Shown one piece after another: positions 26,597-35,789 of a stretch of DNA of 64,000 nucleotides (position 1 is its first letter; every line of letters starts with the position of its first letter). The position numbers were made by a program, and so were the translations under genes. The stretch covers positions 68,683 through 132,682 of the forward strand of contig CANMUM010000003.1 of assembly GCA_947501025.1 (NCBI GenBank), given 5' to 3'. The stretch is from an uncultured Rhodobacteraceae bacterium. Lineage in GTDB: Bacteria > Pseudomonadota > Alphaproteobacteria > Rhodobacterales > Rhodobacteraceae. The notes below the pieces were generated by a model that saw only the letters and a list, made by a program, of their open reading frames with translations, had not been told where the DNA came from and did no database searches.

Positions 26597-28704
26597 AAAA
26601 CACCCCCAGATTTACGCGTGCGCGCGAAAAGAAGCCCCGGTGATTTCACATCATATTTTGCTTCACTACCTACAAGTGCATCTTGCATCTTTTGATCGCA
26701 TAATGGCGCAGGATATTCTCCTGAGAAACATGCCATACAAGTTCCAACACGTGGCGCTATATCCGCACGGGTATCAATCATCTCGTTGCTATCTGCATCA
26801 ATCGCGCGGCGCAGCCCCTCTTTTGATACAAATGCAAGACTATCTGCGCCAACAAGTTCACGAATTTCTTCGACGGTATTGTTAGCCGCAGAGAGTTCTT
26901 TTCGCGACGGCATATCCACACCATAAAAACATGGATACTCGATTGTCGGCGCAGCGATACGGACATGAATTTCCGCTGCGCCCGCATCTTTCAAAAGTTG
27001 AATAAGTTTTGGCAATGTATTCGCTCGAACGATGCTATCATCAACGAGAATAATCCGTTTGCCTTCAATATGCCAACGGTCAATTGAAAGCTTCAACCGC
27101 ACACCAAAATGGCGAAGTTCTTGTTGAGGCTCAATAAATGTACGGCCAACATATGATGATTTCAAAATAGCAAAGTGGAAAGGCAAAGCTGCGCTTTGCG
27201 AATAGCCGATTGCCGCAAAAATCCCGCTCTCAGGAACTGGCACAACATAGTCCGCATCAACAGGAGATTCATGGAAAAGCTCCATGCCGATCCGTTCACG
27301 CACACGCGCCGTGTAGCGGTTATTGAAAGCCGAATTTGCGCGCATAAAATACACATATTCAAACGCGCAGAATTTTTGTTCGGCCAAATCTTTTTTAGGT
27401 GCATATTGAGTGCGTTCGACTTCACCAGCAGGCGTGACCAAAACCAGCTCACCCGCTTCAATATCAAATTGCCAGCTCATATCGGTTGCTTCAAGAGCTG
27501 TAGATTCCGATGCAATTGCCAGCTGATTTTCACGCCGACCAAGGCATAAAGGACGAAGACCCAGTGTATCACGGGCAGCATAAATCCCCTCATTTGATAG
27601 CACCATGATCGAGAATGCGCCTGTGACCTGCTGACATGCTTCGATGATTGCCGATTTCAAATCATCATGTGAACTTTGTGCCACAAGATGTAAAAACACC
27701 TCACTATCGCTATCGGTGAAAAAAAGCTGCCCCTCATCCATGAGATGCATACGCAATTCATCAGCATTTGTCAGATTTCCATTATGAGCCAAACCAAGCG
27801 GACCAAAGCGCGTCTGCATCACAAATGGCTGCAAATTTGAAGCAGCCTTTCCACCCGCTGTTGAATAGCGCAGATGGCCAATCATTTGGGTGCCCGGAAG
27901 CTCCATATTATCCGTTTGGTTTTTAGAAAATACTTCTGAAACCAATCCTGCATCACGATGCGCAAAAATCTGTTTTTCGTGCATACTGGCTATGCCCGCA
28001 CCTTCTTGACCACGGTGCTGAAGCGCATGAAGACCAAAAATTGTGAGCGCCAAAGCATCATTAACCGCATGGCACGCAAATATCCCGCATTCTTCTTTAA
28101 CGGCTGAAAATGGTATATTCAAAAGGCCATCATCCGTAATTGGGTTGGCCTTGAGATATTGTGAATATTCCGCAACGATATGTGGGTAGAGCTTATGTTC
28201 TTCAACCAAAATACGCTGCGAAAGAACATCCGCTGTATCATCGCTATAAACAGGCACAACAGCTTGACCGATGACTGGGCCGCCATCCATTTCGGCTGTC
28301 ACAAGATGAACCGAGCAACCGCTCTCTTTTGCACCTGCATCAATCGCTTGTTGTTGAGGATTTAGTCCTTTAAAATCTGGCAAAAGTGAAGGATGGATAT
28401 TCAGAATACGACCATAGAACCGCTCGACAAATTCTGAAGACAAAAGCCGCATATATCCCGCAAGCACGACAATTTCGACACGGTGCTCAGCAAATAATTT
28501 AAGGATTTGCGCTTCACGCTCGGCACGCGATCCAGCTACAAACTCACATTTAACACCTGCATTTTCTGCAACCACGCGCCCTTGCGCTTGCGAATTGTCT
28601 GTAATCGCGATGACATATTCAACTGGAGATGCATCATCTTGAGCTGCATGCAGCAAAGCCCCCATATTTGACCCACGTCCAGAAAATAATACCGCTGCAC
28701 GCAT
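26593..28704 (-). CDS. purNF: Fusion protein: GAR formyltransferase (PurN, aa 1-~190) + amidophosphoribosyltransferase (PurF, aa 206-703)
   Basis: The N-terminal part has FSGRGSNMGALL, ILNIHPSLLP and SGCSVHLVT, which match PurN. From residue 206 it reads CGIFACHAVNDALALTIFGLHALQHRGQEGAGIA..., and it has the PRTase motif IILVDDSIVRANT and C-terminal Cys ligands (CMACFSGEYP), which match PurF. One uninterrupted 703-codon frame covers both parts. Confidence 0.9.
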   Translation of the reverse strand: MRAAVLFSGRGSNMGALLHAAQDDASPVEYVIAITDNSQAQGRVVAENAGVKCEFVAGSRAEREAQILKLFAEHRVEIVVLAGYMRLLSSEFVERFYGRILNIHPSLLPDFKGLNPQQQAIDAGAKESGCSVHLVTAEMDGGPVIGQAVVPVYSDDTADVLSQRILVEEHKLYPHIVAEYSQYLKANPITDDGLLNIPFSAVKEECGIFACHAVNDALALTIFGLHALQHRGQEGAGIASMHEKQIFAHRDAGLVSEVFSKNQTDNMELPGTQMIGHLRYSTAGGKAASNLQPFVMQTRFGPLGLAHNGNLTNADELRMHLMDEGQLFFTDSDSEVFLHLVAQSSHDDLKSAIIEACQQVTGAFSIMVLSNEGIYAARDTLGLRPLCLGRRENQLAIASESTALEATDMSWQFDIEAGELVLVTPAGEVERTQYAPKKDLAEQKFCAFEYVYFMRANSAFNNRYTARVRERIGMELFHESPVDADYVVPVPESGIFAAIGYSQSAALPFHFAILKSSYVGRTFIEPQQELRHFGVRLKLSIDRWHIEGKRIILVDDSIVRANTLPKLIQLLKDAGAAEIHVRIAAPTIEYPCFYGVDMPSRKELSAANNTVEEIRELVGADSLAFVSKEGLRRAIDADSNEMIDTRADIAPRVGTCMACFSGEYPAPLCDQKMQDALVGSEAKYDVKSPGLLFARTRKSGGVL

Positions 28705-28715
28705 AGGGGCTTCTC

Positions 28716-29774
28716 CTATTTCAAACCAAATTTTGTATCGATAACATTTTGCGCATCACCATCCGTTATCACACCCAGATCATACACTTGGAACCCTGCA
28801 TCTGCAAATGGCTTTCTAAAGTTTCCGAGTGCCTGAGCATCATCATCAACGATAGCCACAAGGCCAATCCCCATATTCCAAACCCGGAACGCTTCTTGAG
28901 CGCTTACCCAGCCCTCTTTCACAGCCCAGTTGAAAAGATCAGGCGTAGGGACGAGACTGACATCAAGATCAAATCCTAAACCTTTCGCCAATACACGCTT
29001 TAAATTACCCGCCAAACCGCCGCCAGTAATATGAGCATAACCATGAACATATTTTGCCGCCTCAAGTGCTGGCTTCACATAAATACGCGTTGGCTCAAGC
29101 ATCAATTTACCAATATTATGACCAGTTCCAGGCAAATCATCATTCATTCCAAGATGGGCCTCTTTAAGAACACGCTGTAATAATGAATACCCGTTTGAGT
29201 GCGGCCCAGAACTGGCAACACCCATCACGCGCTGACCCGCTTTCATAGAATCAAATCGTGGTAGCACTTCATCACGCTCAACGACACCTGTTGCAAAACC
29301 TGCCAAATCAAACTTACCTGATGCGTAAAGCGTTGGAAGCTCGGCCGTTTCTCCACCGATCAGTTGGCAATTCGCTTCGATACATGCCGCAGAAATGCCT
29401 TTAACCATTTCAAGATTTTGAGCAGGGTTCAGTTTATTCACAGCCAAATAATCAAGGAAGAAAAGCGTTTGTGCATTTTGACACAAAAGATCATTCACAC
29501 ACATTGCAACCAAGTCAAAGCCAATGGTTTCAAAATTATTCAACGCTTCGGCGATGTCCAGCTTTGAGCCGACACCATCACATCCCGCCACCAAGATAGG
29601 GTCGCGCATACCGATTGCTTTGAGATCGAATAAACCACCAAAACCACCAATCTGATCCATAGAACCAGAACGTCTTGTAGCGGCTGCTAACGGAGCAAGA
29701 TCACGTACAAAATCATCCCCTGCCTCGATGTCCACGCCGCTTTGTGCGTATGTAATTGGGGTTTTATTTGACAT
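28716..29774 (-). CDS. purM: Phosphoribosylformylglycinamidine cyclo-ligase (AIR synthetase)
   Basis: It reads YAQSGVDIEAGD... and has DGVGSK and GGETAE. Of the two ATGs (29780/29774), the second has better spacing to GAGG. Confidence 0.95.
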   Translation of the reverse strand: MSNKTPITYAQSGVDIEAGDDFVRDLAPLAAATRRSGSMDQIGGFGGLFDLKAIGMRDPILVAGCDGVGSKLDIAEALNNFETIGFDLVAMCVNDLLCQNAQTLFFLDYLAVNKLNPAQNLEMVKGISAACIEANCQLIGGETAELPTLYASGKFDLAGFATGVVERDEVLPRFDSMKAGQRVMGVASSGPHSNGYSLLQRVLKEAHLGMNDDLPGTGHNIGKLMLEPTRIYVKPALEAAKYVHGYAHITGGGLAGNLKRVLAKGLGFDLDVSLVPTPDLFNWAVKEGWVSAQEAFRVWNMGIGLVAIVDDDAQALGNFRKPFADAGFQVYDLGVITDGDAQNVIDTKFGLK

Positions 29775-29818
29775 CGGCATTGGCCTCGCTCAAGTTTTGG
29801 GTTGAGATTCTTGGCGAA

Positions 29819-29847
29819 TGAATACAAGCTTGCATGATAGATCGCAA
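29819..29847 (-). promoter_or_regulatory. Candidate sigma-70 promoter of the pur operon with an overlapping 14-bp palindrome
   Basis: The minus strand reads TTGCGA (29847-29842), a 17-nt spacer, then TATTCA (29824-19). The palindrome ATGCAAGCTTGTAT (29835-29822) has one mismatch and covers the spacer and -10. Confidence 0.3.
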
Positions 29848-29919
29848 GTTCATATTTAAGATTATCCGAAAAAAGACTTCGCTATTTCTTAAAAATAATT
29901 TTGAAACTGCGCACTTATC

Positions 29920-31662
29920 TTACTCCTTAAATTGAAGTTTATTAAGCATTGTATAGATACCATCAGTTTTTTTCAGCAACTCCGTATGCGTACCAATCTC
30001 AACAACCTTACCCTGATCCATGACCACGATTTGATCTGCATCACGAATAGTCGACAAACGATGGGCAATCACAATAACCGTTTTACCAGAAGTCGCGCTT
30101 TGAATGGCTTTTTGTACAATGGCTTCGCTCTCGCTATCAAGAGCAGATGTCGCTTCATCAAGGAGTAAAATTGGAGCATCCTTTAATATGGCACGCGCCA
30201 CTGATAAACGCTGCTTTTGTCCACCCGAAAGAGATGCGTTACCCTCGCCAAGCATGGTATCAAAACCATTTGGCATAGCTTTTATAAAGTCTTCCATATG
30301 CGCCGCTTTTGCAGCTTTCTCGATGTCTTCACGTGATGCATCAGGGCTACCAATAGCGATATTATCAGCAATGCTTTGCGTGAAGATTGTGGTTTCCTGA
30401 GGGATCGCTGCGATTGCGCCGTATAGAGCGAGCTTACTGAGACAGCCTAATTCCTTGCCATCAACATTGATTGCTCCAGTTTCTAAATCATAAAATCGTT
30501 GCAAGAGCGAAAATAATGTCGATTTTCCAGATCCTGAGCGCCCAACCAATGCTGTCACTTTTCCAGCAGGCACAGTAAAACTGACCCCATTTAGCGCAGA
30601 AGCGCCTTCTTCATACGAAAACGTCACATCTTTGAACTCAATTTCAGACGCTTGTGATGATAGATCTTCATCCCCGAAGAGTTGTTGCGGTTGCTGATCC
30701 ACAAGCTCATAATAATAGCTAAGCGGAACCATTTGCTTAACAAGATTGACACGCAAATTTGCAAGGCGCTTTATCGGTTCATAAGCATTAATAAAGGCCA
30801 AAATAAATGCCATAATTGCGCCTGTGGTATTATACCCAGCTATGATGGCATAAGCTGCGTATGAAATAATACCCGCGACCGCAACTCCACCAAGCGCTTC
30901 TGTTAATGGAGAGCTCAATGCGCTTGTATTCGCAATTTTGACCGCACGGCTTTGCAAATTATCAATGGTTTGATCAAAATGTTCTTGCGTTTCATACTCA
31001 TTGCTAAAGGATCGTATCAAGCGAATGCCCGCGAGACGTTCATAAAGCAATGTCATGAAATGGCTTGTCATAGTGAACTCAGTAGCCACCGATGAACGTA
31101 TTCTTTTTGTGATAAACGACACACCCCAAATCACAGGTGGAGCAATAAGAAACGTAAATATCGTTAACTTCCAATCTGTATAGATCATAAACGCGACAAG
31201 AAAAATGACGGTGAGCGCGTCACGCATAGCCGATGTCAAAAGCACACGGATAAGATCACCCGCTGATTTCGTTACATTGGTGATTCTATTCACAATATCG
31301 GCAGTTTCATGTTGATCGAAATATGGTATATCTTGACGCAAAAGCTTAGCCAAAACCGAACGGCGCATTGTAGCCGCAAGACCAGCTGATATTTTTGAGA
31401 GAATGACCGAGTAGCCATAGGTCGCACCGCCCTTTATGAGGTAAATCACGATAATTCCAATTGCTACTGGCAATATCAAATCGGTGCGCTCTTGATTAAA
31501 AAGATCATCGATAACAACTTGCAAGATCCATGTCGACAAAACCGTTGTGATTGCCACCAAAACCATAAAGGCCACGGCGATTGCGCCGAGGCCTTTATAG
31601 GGTCGAAACTCCGATTTTATAAACCTCTTTATCAGTCCAAAATCTATAGAGCCTTTTGCCAT
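29920..31662 (-). CDS. ABC transporter, fused permease/ATP-binding protein (ABCB/MsbA-like exporter)
   Basis: The 580-aa protein has a 6-TM domain followed by an NBD with GRSGSGKST, LSGGQKQRLSVARA and LLLDEATSALD. Confidence 0.85.
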   Translation of the reverse strand: MAKGSIDFGLIKRFIKSEFRPYKGLGAIAVAFMVLVAITTVLSTWILQVVIDDLFNQERTDLILPVAIGIIVIYLIKGGATYGYSVILSKISAGLAATMRRSVLAKLLRQDIPYFDQHETADIVNRITNVTKSAGDLIRVLLTSAMRDALTVIFLVAFMIYTDWKLTIFTFLIAPPVIWGVSFITKRIRSSVATEFTMTSHFMTLLYERLAGIRLIRSFSNEYETQEHFDQTIDNLQSRAVKIANTSALSSPLTEALGGVAVAGIISYAAYAIIAGYNTTGAIMAFILAFINAYEPIKRLANLRVNLVKQMVPLSYYYELVDQQPQQLFGDEDLSSQASEIEFKDVTFSYEEGASALNGVSFTVPAGKVTALVGRSGSGKSTLFSLLQRFYDLETGAINVDGKELGCLSKLALYGAIAAIPQETTIFTQSIADNIAIGSPDASREDIEKAAKAAHMEDFIKAMPNGFDTMLGEGNASLSGGQKQRLSVARAILKDAPILLLDEATSALDSESEAIVQKAIQSATSGKTVIVIAHRLSTIRDADQIVVMDQGKVVEIGTHTELLKKTDGIYTMLNKLQFKE

Positions 31663-31663
31663 T

Positions 31664-32821
31664 TTAGCCCTTTAAATTTTCCCAAAAGCTTTTAACCTTT
31701 GTAAAAAAATCTTTTGAATTCGGACTATTATTGGTTTCTTGTTCAATTGCCTGAAATTCTTCAATCAACTCTTTCTGGCGAGATGTTAAATTGATCGGGG
31801 TCTCAACTTCAAGATCGATATAAAGATCACCAAAATCTTTGCTACGCAAATTTGGCATACCTTTTCCGCGCAAACGTAACCGCTTACCCGATTGCGAACC
31901 CGCAGGGATGCTCACGCGAGTTCGACCACCATCAAGAGTAGGCGCTTCAATCGTACCGCCCATAATTGCAGTGCTCATCGATACAGGGATATCACAGTAA
32001 AGATCGCGTTCTTCACGCTCAAAAATCGAGTGTTTCTTGACTTCAATAAACACATAAAGGTCGCCCGAAATACCGCCGCGCACACCCGCTTCACCCTCAC
32101 CAGTTAAACGGATGCGTGTGCCTGTCTCAACACCTTTCGGTATATTGACTTTGAGTGTACGCTCCTTTTGTGTGCGCCCAGAACCCGCACAAGTTTTACA
32201 AGGGTTTTTGATAATTTGACCACGACCAGAGCAGGTCGGACATCCACGCTCAACCGTAAAGAATCCCTGCTGCGCACGAACGCGCCCAGCACCATGACAA
32301 GTCGGACAAGTTGAGGGCTTAGTACCACCTTCTGCACCCGTCCCCGAACAACCATCACAGCTTACAGCACTTGGGATGCGAATTTCAGCTTCACGACCAT
32401 TAAACGCTTCTTCAAGCGTCACACTCATATTGTAGCGTAGATCAGATCCGCGTGTGGCACGATTTCCACCGCCTCCGCCACCTTGTCCACGACGACCACC
32501 CATGAAATCTCCAAAGAGATCATCAAATACATCCGAAAATGCCGAACCGAAATCATTAGGGTTGAAGCCTTGGCCACCGCCACCACCCATGCCGCCTTGC
32601 GCAGCTTCATGGCCAAAGCGATCATAAGCAGCTCGCTTTTGCGGGTCTTTGAGAACTTCATAAGCTTCATTAACAGCTTTAAATTCTTCTTCTGCGTTTG
32701 GCTTATCTGCGTTGCGATCAGGATGTAGCTCTTTCACCTTAACGCGAAATGCCTTCTTGATCTCGTCATCTGACGCGGATTTAGCCACGCCGAGCAGATC
32801 ATAATAGTCTTGCTTGGCCAT
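31664..32821 (-). CDS. dnaJ: Molecular chaperone DnaJ
   Basis: It has a J domain (DYYDLLGV...HPD), a G/F-rich linker and four CxxCxGxG zinc-finger repeats. Confidence 0.97.
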   Translation of the reverse strand: MAKQDYYDLLGVAKSASDDEIKKAFRVKVKELHPDRNADKPNAEEEFKAVNEAYEVLKDPQKRAAYDRFGHEAAQGGMGGGGGQGFNPNDFGSAFSDVFDDLFGDFMGGRRGQGGGGGGNRATRGSDLRYNMSVTLEEAFNGREAEIRIPSAVSCDGCSGTGAEGGTKPSTCPTCHGAGRVRAQQGFFTVERGCPTCSGRGQIIKNPCKTCAGSGRTQKERTLKVNIPKGVETGTRIRLTGEGEAGVRGGISGDLYVFIEVKKHSIFEREERDLYCDIPVSMSTAIMGGTIEAPTLDGGRTRVSIPAGSQSGKRLRLRGKGMPNLRSKDFGDLYIDLEVETPINLTSRQKELIEEFQAIEQETNNSPNSKDFFTKVKSFWENLKG

Positions 32822-32876
32822 AAAATTTACCTCTATATTTCAAAGATTGCGGCCCCATTTAGAGGCCGCACCGACA

Positions 32877-34772
32877 TTATTTTTTGTCCATATCTTCGAA
32901 ATCAGCATCCACAACGTCATCTTCTGCTGGCGCATCTTCTGAAGTTGCAGCAGCATCACTTTCTTGCTGCTCTTTATAGATCGCTTCACCAAGTTTCATA
33001 GACGCTTCCATAACATCTTGGCTGCGCGACTTGATTTTTTCAGCATCATCTTCTTCAAGCGCTTCTTCAAGATTTGTCAACGAAAGCTCAATCGCTTCAA
33101 CCGTTGTTGGGTCAACCTTGTCGCTATGCTCAGAAAGTGATTTTTTGGTCGCGTGAACGAGGCTCTCACCTTGGTTTTTCGCTTCCGTAAGCTCTTTACG
33201 CTCTTTATCTGCCTCAGCATTTTCCTCAGCATCTTGAACCATTTTCTCGATATCTTCATCAGACAAACCGCCAGAAGCTTGGATCGTGATGCGGTGCTCT
33301 TTGCCCGTACCCTTATCCTTCGCCTGAACCGAAACAATGCCGTTGCTATCGATATCAAATGTCACCTCAATTTGTGGCAAACCACGTGGTGCTGGTGGGA
33401 TATCTTCAAGATTGAATTGTCCGAGCATTTTGTTGTCAGCGGCCATCTCGCGCTCACCTTGGAACACGCGAATTGTTACAGCTGTTTGATTATCTTCGGC
33501 AGTTGAGAAAGTCTGTGATTTCTTTGTCGGGATTGTTGAGTTGCGATCGATCAAGCGTGTAAACACACCACCCAAAGTTTCGATACCCAAGCTCAACGGT
33601 GTAACGTCAAGCAGAACAACATCCTTCACGTCGCCTTGCAAAACGCCCGCTTGAATCGCAGCACCCATCGCAACAACTTCATCAGGGTTCACGCCTTTAT
33701 GCGCTTCTTTACCGAAGAACTTCGTGACTTCTTCCATAACGCGCGGCATACGTGTCATACCACCAACCATAACGATCTCATCGATATCGCCTTTTTGAAG
33801 GCCAGCGTCTTTAAGCGCTGCCAAACATGGCTTAAGTGAATTTTTGATCAAATCTTCGACCAAGCCTTCAAGTTTCGCGCGTGTAAGCTTCAAAACGAGG
33901 TGCAAAGGCTGGCTTGTTTTTGGATCCATTGAGATAAATGGCTGGTTGATCTCTGTTTGTGTCGCAGATGAAAGCTCAATTTTTGCTTTTTCGGCAGCTT
34001 CCTTCAAACGCTGAAGTGCCATTTTGTCGCCACGAAGATCAACACCCGATTCTTTTTTGAATTCTGTCGCAAGATAATCAACAATGCGCATATCAAAATC
34101 TTCACCGCCCAAGAATGTGTCGCCGTTAGTCGACTTCACTTCAAATAGACCGTCATCAATTTCAAGGATCGTGATATCGAATGTACCACCACCAAGATCG
34201 TATACCGCAATTGTTTTGGCTTCTTTTTTATCAAGACCATAAGCAAGCGCCGCAGCTGTTGGCTCGTTGATAATACGCAAGACTTCAAGACCCGCAATTT
34301 TGCCTGCATCTTTCGTTGCTTGGCGCTGTGCATCATTAAAGTAAGCAGGCACCGTGATAACAGCTTGAGTTACTTCTTCACCCAAATAGCTCTCAGCAGT
34401 CTCTTTCATTTTTTGCAAAATAATCGCAGAAATTTGTGATGGTGAGAATTTCTCGTCATTCACCTTCACCCAAGCGTCACCATTGCCGCCATCTACGATT
34501 TCATACGGAACCATCTTTCTATCTTTTTCAACCATCGGATCATCAAAACGACGACCGACAAGACGCTTAACAGCAAATAATGTGTTGGTTGGGTTGGTCA
34601 CCGCTTGACGCTTTGCTGGCTGACCAACAAGACGCTCATCATCCTTAAAACCAACAATAGAAGGCGTCGTACGCGCACCTTCAGCATTTTCAATTACACG
34701 CGCCTGCGCACCATCCATGATCGCAACGCAAGAGTTTGTTGTTCCAAGGTCAATTCCGATAACTTTTGCCAT
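32877..34772 (-). CDS. dnaK: Molecular chaperone DnaK
   Basis: It reads [17 protein letters not shown]..., has DLGGGTFD and an acidic C-terminal tail. The start is taken at ATG 34772 (AAGGAATA RBS). Confidence 0.98.
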   Translation of the reverse strand: MAKVIGIDLGTTNSCVAIMDGAQARVIENAEGARTTPSIVGFKDDERLVGQPAKRQAVTNPTNTLFAVKRLVGRRFDDPMVEKDRKMVPYEIVDGGNGDAWVKVNDEKFSPSQISAIILQKMKETAESYLGEEVTQAVITVPAYFNDAQRQATKDAGKIAGLEVLRIINEPTAAALAYGLDKKEAKTIAVYDLGGGTFDITILEIDDGLFEVKSTNGDTFLGGEDFDMRIVDYLATEFKKESGVDLRGDKMALQRLKEAAEKAKIELSSATQTEINQPFISMDPKTSQPLHLVLKLTRAKLEGLVEDLIKNSLKPCLAALKDAGLQKGDIDEIVMVGGMTRMPRVMEEVTKFFGKEAHKGVNPDEVVAMGAAIQAGVLQGDVKDVVLLDVTPLSLGIETLGGVFTRLIDRNSTIPTKKSQTFSTAEDNQTAVTIRVFQGEREMAADNKMLGQFNLEDIPPAPRGLPQIEVTFDIDSNGIVSVQAKDKGTGKEHRITIQASGGLSDEDIEKMVQDAEENAEADKERKELTEAKNQGESLVHATKKSLSEHSDKVDPTTVEAIELSLTNLEEALEEDDAEKIKSRSQDVMEASMKLGEAIYKEQQESDAAATSEDAPAEDDVVDADFEDMDKK

Positions 34773-34849
34773 TTGTATTCCTTCAATTTGCAAACAAGTT
34801 TAGAGCCTTTACAGCACTCAATTAATGTCCCGTGTATGAGATTGATCGG

Positions 34850-34880
34850 TATATAAGAACCCAAAACACGCTGTGCAAGA
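34850..34880 (-). promoter_or_regulatory. Candidate RpoH (sigma-32) promoter of dnaKJ
   Basis: The minus strand reads CTTG (34879-34876), an 18-nt spacer, then CTTATAT (34857-34851). This matches the alphaproteobacterial RpoH consensus CTTG-N17/18-CYTATNT, about 80 nt upstream of the dnaK ATG. Confidence 0.55.
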
Positions 34881-34908
34881 GGCTTGATAGAGAAAATTAT
34901 TCTCAAAA

Positions 34909-34936
34909 CAAAAAAGACGACCCCGAAGAGCCGCCT
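34909..34936 (-). terminator. Rho-independent terminator (UUCG tetraloop) after microprotein gene 1
   Basis: The minus strand reads GGCGGCTC-TTCG-GGGTCGTC followed by TTTTTTG. Confidence 0.65.
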
Positions 34937-34958
34937 TTCTTAGATAAATATATAAGAA

Positions 34959-35162
34959 TTAGTCATCATCGTCAGACGCAGCAACTACAGCAGCAGCAAT
35001 CAATACAACTGCGATTGCTGGAACCAACCAACCTGCTGATCCAGAACCTGGTTCTGTTGGTGTGATAAGGGGGGGATCAGTTATAATAGCTGGTCCGGGA
35101 GTCCCAGCAAAAGCTGTTGTTGCCGCCAAAAGAGCAGCTGATGTCAATGCAACTAGTTTCAT
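34959..35162 (-). CDS. Secreted/membrane-anchored microprotein, paralog 1 (67 aa)
   Basis: The sequence is MKLVALTSAALLAATTAFAG|TPGPAIITDPPLITPTEPGSGSAGWLVPAIAVVLIAAAVVAASDDDD. It has an Sec-type signal peptide, a Pro-rich linker, a TM helix and a poly-Asp tail. The start is at the internal ATG with an AAAGGA RBS. A paralog lies 400 bp away. Confidence 0.55.
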   Translation of the reverse strand: MKLVALTSAALLAATTAFAGTPGPAIITDPPLITPTEPGSGSAGWLVPAIAVVLIAAAVVAASDDDD

Positions 35163-35313
35163 ATTAAATCCTTTCAATTAGTGCGATCCCAAAGGCAGAA
35201 TACCAAAGGTCCTTATATTCGCATAATTTAGTCTTTCATGAGAAAATAAAACGATCAACATTTTTCTTTAATGATGATAATTTTACTAGAAACTGTGACA
35301 TCTGTGCCAAAAA

Positions 35314-35340
35314 CAAAAAAGGCGGCCCCGAAGAGCCACC
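35314..35340 (-). terminator. Rho-independent terminator (UUCG tetraloop) after microprotein gene 2
   Basis: The minus strand reads GGTGGCTC-TTCG-GGGCCGCC followed by TTTTTTG. It is homologous to the terminator at 34909..34936. Confidence 0.65.
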
Positions 35341-35366
35341 TTTCTTAGACAAATAAGCAATAGAGC

Positions 35367-35585
35367 TTAGTCGTCGTCATCTTCAGATGCAGCAACTACA
35401 GCAGCAGCAATCAATACAACTGCGATCGCTGGAACCAACCAACCACCTGAGCCACCAAGTGAGCCTGTAGGAGCAGTCGTAACTTCTTCTACAACGTTAG
35501 CAACAGGTGCTTCATATACTACGTTTCCAGCAAAAGCTGTTGTTGCTGCCAAAAGAGCAGCTGATGTCAATGCAACTAGTTTCAT
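35367..35585 (-). CDS. Secreted/membrane-anchored microprotein, paralog 2 (72 aa)
   Basis: The sequence is MKLVALTSAALLAATTAFAG|NVVYEAPVANVVEEVTTAPTGSLGGSGGWLVPAIAVVLIAAAVVAASEDDDD. The signal peptide and C-terminal 24 aa are identical to paralog 1, while the middle is divergent. It has a GGAGGA RBS. Confidence 0.55.
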   Translation of the reverse strand: MKLVALTSAALLAATTAFAGNVVYEAPVANVVEEVTTAPTGSLGGSGGWLVPAIAVVLIAAAVVAASEDDDD

Positions 35586-35789
35586 ATTAAATCCTCCAAA
35601 AATTGCGCTCCGAAAGGCGGCATGCCTCCGGTCTAGAATATTCGCACGCCTTTTTAACCAGAATTTTTTACAACTATCAATCAAGAAAATTCACACATGA
35701 ATATTATTGGTATATTTTCGTCATGATTTCATGAAAACTGTCTTCTTTTTGCCACGGTTTTGACTGTATTCGCCCTAAAAAAGTCAATT

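Noticed and set aside
29920-31662. The ABCB-type exporter as the type I secretion ABC for the RTX protein
   Set aside because: No membrane-fusion or TolC-like gene is adjacent. The gene lies 15 kb from the RTX gene and sits between dnaJ and the pur operon. An MsbA-like or generic exporter is the more conservative reading.
34959-35585. Annotating the two microproteins as bona fide GlyGly-CTERM (rhombosortase) or PEP-CTERM substrates
   Set aside because: Those signals end in a basic cluster, and PEP-CTERM also requires a PEP motif. Here the tail is DDDD/EDDDD. No exosortase is present, and the only rhomboid is 22 kb away. The idea is kept as a hypothesis in the findings, not as an annotation.
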